DNA of 64,000 nucleotides from an uncultured Acidobacteriota bacterium (lineage in GTDB: Bacteria; Acidobacteriota; Vicinamibacteria; Vicinamibacterales; UBA8438): the NCBI GenBank assembly GCA_913043225.1, contig CAJWLU010000013.1:24051-88050 (forward strand). Direction: 5' to 3'. Positions 58,054-64,000 of the stretch are shown in pieces. A program made the position numbers and the translations under genes. Every line of letters starts with the position of its first letter. Positions within the stretch are counted from its first letter, which is position 1. The notes beneath the pieces are model-generated. The model made no database searches. It had not been told where the DNA came from and saw only the letters and a program-made list of their open reading frames with translations.

Positions 58054-59409
58054 ATGGCCGACCTGGTTCCCAGCGCCCCCTCCGCGAGCGAACGCTCGCT
58101 CCCACATAATCTCGAGGCCGAGCGCTGCGTGCTCGGCTCGATTCTGATCCACAACGACGCGTTCAACTCGGCAGCCGAACTGCTGGACGCGGACGATTTC
58201 TTTCGGGACGCGCATCGCCGCGTATTCGACAGGATGGTCGACCTCAACGAACGCGGTGAGGCGATCGATCTCGTCACGCTCAAGGACGAGCTCGGACGGG
58301 CCGGCGACCTGGATGCGGTGGGTGGTCCGGCGTATGTCGCCGGGCTGGTCGATGGGGTGCCTCGCTCGACCCACGTCGAGCACTACGCTCGTATCGTCAA
58401 GGAGAAGGCGACCCTACGGAACCTGATCTTTTCGGCGAACCAGATCCTCGACACCGCCTACAGCGGAGAGGACGAAGCCGATACCGTGCTGGACCGGGCC
58501 GAGCAGGCGATTTTCTCGATCGCAGATGACAAGGTCCACGACGGGTTCGTTCCCCTGCGTGATCTGGTGCCGGGCACCTTCGAGGCCATCGAGAAGATCC
58601 AGGGGCACACCGGTCATGTCACCGGCGTGCCGACCGGGTTCCCCGACCTCGATGAGATGACCCAAGGTTTCCAACCTTCGGACCTGATCATCGTGGCGGC
58701 CCGTCCCTCGATGGGGAAGACTTCCCTCGTCCTCAACATCGCCCAGCACCTCGGCGTCAAGACCAAGATGACGGTCGGCTTCTTCAGCCTCGAGATGTCG
58801 AAGGAGCAGCTGTTCATGCGAATGCTGACGGGCGAGGCCAAGGTCGACTCGCACAAGTTCCGCGGGGGGTTCCTGGGCGAGCGCGATTACGGCGAACTGG
58901 CGTCCGCGCTCGAACGTCTGTCCGAGGCGAAGGTGTTCATCGACGATAGCGCCTCGATCGGCGTGCTCGAAATGCGAGCCAAGGCCCGTCGGCTGAAGTC
59001 GGAGCACGGTCTGGACATGATCGTCGTTGACTATCTGCAGCTGATGCAGGGGCGAGGGCGGTTTGACAATCGCACCCAGGAGCTGGCCGCTATTTCCCGT
59101 TCGCTCAAGGGACTGGCCAAAGAGCTAGATGTTCCCGTTGTTGCGTTGTCGCAGCTGAGCCGCGCACCGGAGAGTCGTTCTGATCGGCGGCCGCAGCTCT
59201 CTGATCTTCGGGAGTCGGGAGCGCTCGAGCAGGATGCCGACGTCGTCTTGTTCATCTTCCGTGAGGAGGTCTACGACGATAAGCCGGAGCTCGAGGGGTT
59301 GGCCGAGATCATCGTCGGCAAACAGCGCAACGGGCCGACCGGGGTCGTCAAGCTCGCTTTCGTGAAGCCGTACACGACGTTCTCGAGCCTGGCCGCCTCA
59401 TACGAATAG
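58054..59409 (+). CDS. dnaB: Replicative DNA helicase (no intein)
   Basis: PHNLEAE, AARPSMGKT, FSLEM, VDYLQL, SDLRESGALEQDAD, KQRNGP. Confidence 0.97.
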   Translation: MADLVPSAPSASERSLPHNLEAERCVLGSILIHNDAFNSAAELLDADDFFRDAHRRVFDRMVDLNERGEAIDLVTLKDELGRAGDLDAVGGPAYVAGLVDGVPRSTHVEHYARIVKEKATLRNLIFSANQILDTAYSGEDEADTVLDRAEQAIFSIADDKVHDGFVPLRDLVPGTFEAIEKIQGHTGHVTGVPTGFPDLDEMTQGFQPSDLIIVAARPSMGKTSLVLNIAQHLGVKTKMTVGFFSLEMSKEQLFMRMLTGEAKVDSHKFRGGFLGERDYGELASALERLSEAKVFIDDSASIGVLEMRAKARRLKSEHGLDMIVVDYLQLMQGRGRFDNRTQELAAISRSLKGLAKELDVPVVALSQLSRAPESRSDRRPQLSDLRESGALEQDADVVLFIFREEVYDDKPELEGLAEIIVGKQRNGPTGVVKLAFVKPYTTFSSLAASYE

Positions 59410-59450
59410 CGTCGCTTCGACCTTGCCCGGCGGCAGAACCGATCCGTCCT

Positions 59451-60623
59451 GTGGTCAGACCTACTTACGCCCAAATCGATCTCGAAGCCGTGGCGGCCAA
59501 CTTTCGCGCTGTCCGCTCCTTACTCGGAGGCGACGCCGCCCCGGAGATCATCGCGGTGGTCAAGGCGAACGGGTATGGACATGGGGCAGTCCAGGTGGCC
59601 CGCGCACTCGAGGCCGCCGGAGCGCCCATGCTGGCCTGCGCTGACATCGAGGAGGGCGTCGAGCTGCGGCAGGGCGGCGTGCGCGTCCCGGTACTAGTGT
59701 TCGGGGCGCTGAGCGTCAGCGACCTCGACGGGGTGTTCTCGTACCAGTTGACTCCGACCGTGTCCTCGCCCTTCGCGGCGCGCGCGTTGCGCGAAGCCGC
59801 CACCCGGCGGCAGACCCGGGTTGGTTGCCACCTGAAGATCGACACCGGCATGAACCGCCTCGGGTTCCGCCACGACAACCTAGGGGAGACGTTGCGGGAT
59901 GTGCTGAAGGCCCCCGGTCTGGCGGTGGAAGCGGTTTACACCCACTTCGCGACCGCGGAGGACACCGACCACCCGCTCTTCGAGCAGCAGCAGCGTCGTT
60001 TCGAGGCAGCTGTCCGTGCCGCTTCGTCGCTGGGTGCGTCCCCTCGGATGATCCATGCGGCGAACAGCGCAGCGCTGCTGCGAGACAGGGCCACGTGGTA
60101 TGACGCGGTCCGGCCGGGCTTGCTCCTGTATGGTGCGTTGCCCGGCGCACTGGGGCGGGACGTCGGTCTTCGGCCGGCCATGACGCTTCGTAGCCGGATC
60201 GTGGCTGTTAAGGGGATGCGGGTCGGAGAAACGGCTGGTTACGGCGGACGGTGTCCGGTCGACCGTCCTACCACGATCGCCGTCGTGCCCGCGGGCTATG
60301 CCGACGGGCTCGACGTTCGGCTGGCCGGTCGAGGCGAGGTGTTGATCCGGGGCCGCCGGGTCCCGATCGTAGGGTCCGTCTGTATGGACTCCATCACCAT
60401 CGACGTCACCGGGCTCGATGTCAGCCCGGGTGACGAGGTGATTCTGTTGGGCCACGACGACCGACAGCGGATCGACGCGGGGGAGGTCGCGGAGACCATC
60501 GGTACCGTGCCCCATGAGGTGCTCTGTCGTATCGGTACTCGCATCGAGCGTAGCTACGGAGGGAAACAGGCCGTCTCTGGACGACCAGCTGACGTCGAGC
60601 CGGCGGCGGGAGAGACCGGGTGA
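59451..60623 (+). CDS. alr: Alanine racemase
   Basis: AVVKANGYGHG, KIDTGMNRLG, HAANSA, GYADG, VCMD. Confidence 0.94.
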   Translation: MVRPTYAQIDLEAVAANFRAVRSLLGGDAAPEIIAVVKANGYGHGAVQVARALEAAGAPMLACADIEEGVELRQGGVRVPVLVFGALSVSDLDGVFSYQLTPTVSSPFAARALREAATRRQTRVGCHLKIDTGMNRLGFRHDNLGETLRDVLKAPGLAVEAVYTHFATAEDTDHPLFEQQQRRFEAAVRAASSLGASPRMIHAANSAALLRDRATWYDAVRPGLLLYGALPGALGRDVGLRPAMTLRSRIVAVKGMRVGETAGYGGRCPVDRPTTIAVVPAGYADGLDVRLAGRGEVLIRGRRVPIVGSVCMDSITIDVTGLDVSPGDEVILLGHDDRQRIDAGEVAETIGTVPHEVLCRIGTRIERSYGGKQAVSGRPADVEPAAGETG

Positions 60624-61987
60624 AGGGGCCCACCACCGTATTTGTCTGCCAGGAGTGCGGCGCGCAGGCCAGCAAGGAGTTGGGACTGTGTCCCAATCCC
60701 GAGTGCGGCGCCTGGCACTCATTGGTGGAAGAGCGTGCGCCACGAGCGGCGGCTGATGATCCGCGACCTTCGCTTGGCGGCGAACCGGCGTGTCGGTACG
60801 CCGAGGTCGACACTGCTGTTGCCGCCCGTCTTGAGACCGGCGTTAGCGAGTTGGACCGCGTTCTCGGCGGTGGCCTGGTACCCGGGTCGCTCGTGCTGCT
60901 GGGCGGCGAGCCTGGGATCGGTAAGTCGACGTTGCTGTTGCAGGCCGCCGCTCGGTTCGCAGCGGCGGGACACTCCGTGCTCTATTGCTCGGGGGAGGAG
61001 TCGTCCCATCAGGTGCGGGCGCGCGGCGATCGGCTGGGTGTGACCGACGTGCCACTCTTTCTCCTTGCGGAGACTTGTCTCGAACGGGTGCTGGAGGAAG
61101 TGTCTCGATTGTCGCCCGGCCTCCTCATCGTGGACTCGATCCAGACGATGTTCTCCACGTCGCTCGAGTCGGCGCCCGGTACGATTGGGCAGATTCGCGC
61201 GGCGGCGACCCAGTTGCTGTTTGAGGCGAAGGGCAGCAACCTGCCGGTGCTCATTGTGGGACATGTCACGAAAGGGGGCGAGCTAGCCGGTCCAAAGGTG
61301 CTCGAGCACGTAGTGGATACGGTCCTTCATTTCGAGGGTGATCGGCATCACTCCCAGCGAGTCGTCCGGTCGGTGAAGAACCGATTCGGTGCAGTGAGCG
61401 AGCTCGGCGTCTTTCAGATGACCGCCGGTGGGCTCGACGCCGTGCCCAATCCTTCGGAGCTGTTCCTCGCGGAGCGGAAGACCGACGTCCCCGGCTCAGC
61501 GGTCTTCTGTTCAATGGAAGGGTCCCGGCCGATCCTAGTCGAGGTCCAGGCGCTGGTGGGGGCTGGGGTGTATGGCAACGCCCAGCGGGTGACCACCGGC
61601 GTCGACCGTCAGCGCCTCTCTCTCCTGCTGACGGTGTTGGAGAAGCGGGTGGGGCTTCCACTGACCGGAGAGGACGTGTTCGTTAACGTGCCTGGCGGAA
61701 TGCCGATGCTTGAGCCGGCAGCTGATTTGGCCGTGGTCGCGGCTTTAGCCTCGAGTCTGCGAAACCAGCCGCTACGGGCCGGAGCGGCCGTGTTCGGTGA
61801 GGTGGGGCTGGCCGGTGAGATCCGCGGCATTGTCCAGGCCGAGGCGCGAGTCCGAGAAGCCGCGCAGATGGGCTTCACCCGGTGTGTCCTCCCGTCCGGG
61901 AACGTGGGTGGCGGCTTGGAGGGCGTGTCGTGCGAGCTGGTCGGCGTCCAGACCGTGGCCGAGGCTCTGGACGCGCTGTGCCCATGA
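60620..61987 (+). CDS. radA: DNA repair protein RadA/Sms
   Basis: N-terminal Zn finger, GEPGIGKSTL, SGEES, KNRFG, GEVGLAGEIR. Confidence 0.96.
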   Translation: MKGPTTVFVCQECGAQASKELGLCPNPECGAWHSLVEERAPRAAADDPRPSLGGEPACRYAEVDTAVAARLETGVSELDRVLGGGLVPGSLVLLGGEPGIGKSTLLLQAAARFAAAGHSVLYCSGEESSHQVRARGDRLGVTDVPLFLLAETCLERVLEEVSRLSPGLLIVDSIQTMFSTSLESAPGTIGQIRAAATQLLFEAKGSNLPVLIVGHVTKGGELAGPKVLEHVVDTVLHFEGDRHHSQRVVRSVKNRFGAVSELGVFQMTAGGLDAVPNPSELFLAERKTDVPGSAVFCSMEGSRPILVEVQALVGAGVYGNAQRVTTGVDRQRLSLLLTVLEKRVGLPLTGEDVFVNVPGGMPMLEPAADLAVVAALASSLRNQPLRAGAAVFGEVGLAGEIRGIVQAEARVREAAQMGFTRCVLPSGNVGGGLEGVSCELVGVQTVAEALDALCP

Positions 61988-63165
61988 GTGTCAGCCCGAC
62001 GCGTCCGGTCAGCGCTGTCATTCCCGCCGGTGGCGTGGGGGTTAGGATGGGCGGCGATCGCCCGAAACAGTGGCTCGACCTGGCTGGTATCTCGATCTTG
62101 GAACGAAGTATCCGGATCTTCGATGTGTGTGCGCAGGTCGGTGAGATCGTTGTGGCGCTTCCACCTGGATCGCTCGCGCTCGAACTGAGGGGGACGCTGC
62201 AGACGCCCCTCCACGTGGTCGAGGGTGGCGCCACTCGTCAGGATTCGGTGGCACGGGGGTTCGCCGCCACCGCCGAGCAGGCCGAGTTCGTCGTGGTGCA
62301 TGACGCGGCACGGCCACTGTGTCCCGTCTCGCTCGTCGAGCGGACCCTGGAGGCAGCAGCCGTTCACGGTGCCGCGATCGCCGCGCTCGCTGCCCACGAC
62401 ACCGTGAAGCAGCGCGCCGCCGGCGATCCCGGGGTCATCGGACGTACCTTGGCTCGGGAGATGCTCGCGCTGGCGCAGACGCCGCAGGCGTTCCGCCGCG
62501 AGGTGCTGGCTGACGCGATCCGGCTTAGCCCCGCCGGCAGTTCCGCCACCGACGAGGCCACGCTCGCCGAATGGGCCGGGTATCGCGTGGCCCTGGTCGA
62601 CGGAGTTCCGAACAACATCAAGATCACGACTCCTGGAGATCTGGAGTTCGCGCGTCGCCTGCTTGGAGATGCCATGACCATGCCTCGTGTCGGTATCGGG
62701 TACGACCTCCATCGGTTGGTCGAAGGGCGACCGCTGATACTTGGCGGGGTCGAGATCCCGTTCGAGCGGGGCTTGGTGGGACATTCCGACGCAGATGCGG
62801 TTTGTCATGCCGTCACCGACGCGCTGCTTGGCGCTGCGGCCGCTGGTGACATCGGGCGTCACTTTCCAGATACCGATCCGCGCTGGAAAGGCGCGTCGAG
62901 CATCGAGTTACTGCGGGGGGTGGCGGCACTCGTGCGGAAGTGCGGCTTCGAGATCGGCAACGTGGACGTGGTTGTCGTGGCCGAGCGTCCCAAGATTGGC
63001 CCCTATGCCGAAGAGATGGTCGCCTCAGTGGCTGACGCGGTTGGCGTGGCTCCGAGCCTCGTGAGCATAAAAGGTAAAACCAATGAAGGCGTTGACGCCA
63101 CGGGACGGGGGGAGGCGATTGCCACCCACGCGGTGGCGATGCTGCGCGAGGCGCCGTGTCCGTGA
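61984..63165 (+). CDS. ispDF: Bifunctional IspD/IspF
   Basis: AG.G.RMG...PKQ, HDAARP, QTPQAF, NIKITTP, then RVGIGYDLH, GHSDAD, GDIG.HFP in one ORF. Confidence 0.92.
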   Translation: MSVSPTRPVSAVIPAGGVGVRMGGDRPKQWLDLAGISILERSIRIFDVCAQVGEIVVALPPGSLALELRGTLQTPLHVVEGGATRQDSVARGFAATAEQAEFVVVHDAARPLCPVSLVERTLEAAAVHGAAIAALAAHDTVKQRAAGDPGVIGRTLAREMLALAQTPQAFRREVLADAIRLSPAGSSATDEATLAEWAGYRVALVDGVPNNIKITTPGDLEFARRLLGDAMTMPRVGIGYDLHRLVEGRPLILGGVEIPFERGLVGHSDADAVCHAVTDALLGAAAAGDIGRHFPDTDPRWKGASSIELLRGVAALVRKCGFEIGNVDVVVVAERPKIGPYAEEMVASVADAVGVAPSLVSIKGKTNEGVDATGRGEAIATHAVAMLREAPCP

Positions 63166-63875
63166 TCATCTACGGTCTCAACCCGGTACGGGAGGCACTA
63201 CGGGCCGGGCGGGTGCGAGAACTGCGGATTGCAGGCACCTCGTCGAGAGTGGCGGACCTCGAACGCCTGGCGTCCCGGGCCGGGGTGCCGGTGCGCCGGG
63301 TGCCGGCCGCCGCACTCGCCCGTGCCACCTCGGGAGGTAGTCACCAAGGCGTGACCGCTGAGGTCGATATACCCCCAGATCTAACCCTCGAGGCCCTGCT
63401 GGGCCAGGCCGGGTCTCCTCTGTTGCTGGTCGTGCTGGACGGGATCGAGGACCCGCAGAACGTGGGTGCCATCCTTCGGGTAGCTGACGCAGCCGGAGCA
63501 GGTGGGGTAGTCCGGCAGACCAGACGGGCGGCGTCGCTCGGCTCGGTCGCCCGTAGCTCGGCTGGCGCGCTGGCGCATGTACGCTTGGCCTCGGTCGTGA
63601 ACCTCGCGCGCGCCCTCGATGAGTTGAAAGACGCGGGCGTGTGGACTGTCGGACTTGAGGCTGACGGGGAGCCGCTGTACGAGGGGGTGGATCTCACGCT
63701 GCCGACCGCGCTGGTTCTCGGCAGCGAGGGGAAGGGGCTTCGTCGGCTGGTGCGGGAACGGTGTGACCGGGTGGTTTCGCTGCCGCAGCTAGGACGAGTC
63801 AACAGTCTGAATGTGGCTGTGGCTGCCGGCGTGGCGGTCTATGAAGCGATCCGGCAGCGACAGCAACAGGGCTGA
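63156..63875 (+). CDS. rlmB: 23S rRNA (G2251) 2'-O-methyltransferase
   Basis: HQGV, LDGIEDPQNVGAILR, GSEGKG, SLNVAVA. Confidence 0.92.
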   Translation: MSVIIYGLNPVREALRAGRVRELRIAGTSSRVADLERLASRAGVPVRRVPAAALARATSGGSHQGVTAEVDIPPDLTLEALLGQAGSPLLLVVLDGIEDPQNVGAILRVADAAGAGGVVRQTRRAASLGSVARSSAGALAHVRLASVVNLARALDELKDAGVWTVGLEADGEPLYEGVDLTLPTALVLGSEGKGLRRLVRERCDRVVSLPQLGRVNSLNVAVAAGVAVYEAIRQRQQQG

Positions 63876-63907
63876 GGAGTCGCTGATTCCAGGTGGATAC
63901 TGCCGTG

Positions 63908-63936
63908 TTGCGAGGTGGCATGGGTTGTGCTACGAT
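63908..63936 (+). promoter_or_regulatory. Sigma70 promoter for the tRNA operon
   Basis: TTGCGA-N17-TACGAT with extended -10 TGn, 14 nt before the tRNA. Confidence 0.65.
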
Positions 63937-63950
63937 TTCCGTTTGGTCCG

Positions 63951-64000
63951 GCTGGCGTAGCTCAGTCCGGTAGAGCAGCTGATTTGTAATCAGCGGGTCG
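63951..64000 (+). tRNA. tRNA-Thr (UGU), truncated by the window end
   Basis: GCTGGCG TAGCTCAG..GGTAGAGC D-arm; GCTGA-TTTGTAA-TCAGC anticodon arm. Confidence 0.9.

Noticed and set aside
58054..59409. Intein in DnaB
   Set aside because: The protein is normal length (~451 aa) with contiguous helicase motifs.

Overview
GC-rich bacterial chromosome segment. Gene content and order suggest a marine Acidobacteriota (Vicinamibacteria-like) organism; this is inference only. (1) Positions 1-36.5 kb hold a large, tightly coupled surface-glycan locus. It has four paralogous coiled-coil/FkbM-like methyltransferases, three paralogous GT-B transferases, and Wzm plus an ATPase-degenerate Wzt. An unnamed ~300-aa domain recurs at the C-terminus of three different proteins. 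A KdsC/NeuB/NeuA ulosonic-acid pathway is interleaved with an SDR, an aldehyde dehydrogenase and a transketolase, with no NeuC in the window. GT4s, AsnB, WecA and a ligase-like protein follow. (2) thiS-thiG is divergent from a complete Na+-NQR operon (nqrA-F, apbE, nqrM), whose leader looks like a terminator-controlling riboswitch (candidate Na+ riboswitch). (3) selA, csp and a purH that has lost most of its transformylase half. (4) A housekeeping block (TPR, lolB-like, ispE, tRNA-Gln, prs, rplY, pth, rpsF, rpsR, rplI, dnaB, alr, radA, ispDF, rlmB, partial tRNA-Thr). No CRISPR array, IS element or prophage was seen. All family calls come from motif recognition by eye, not database searches.
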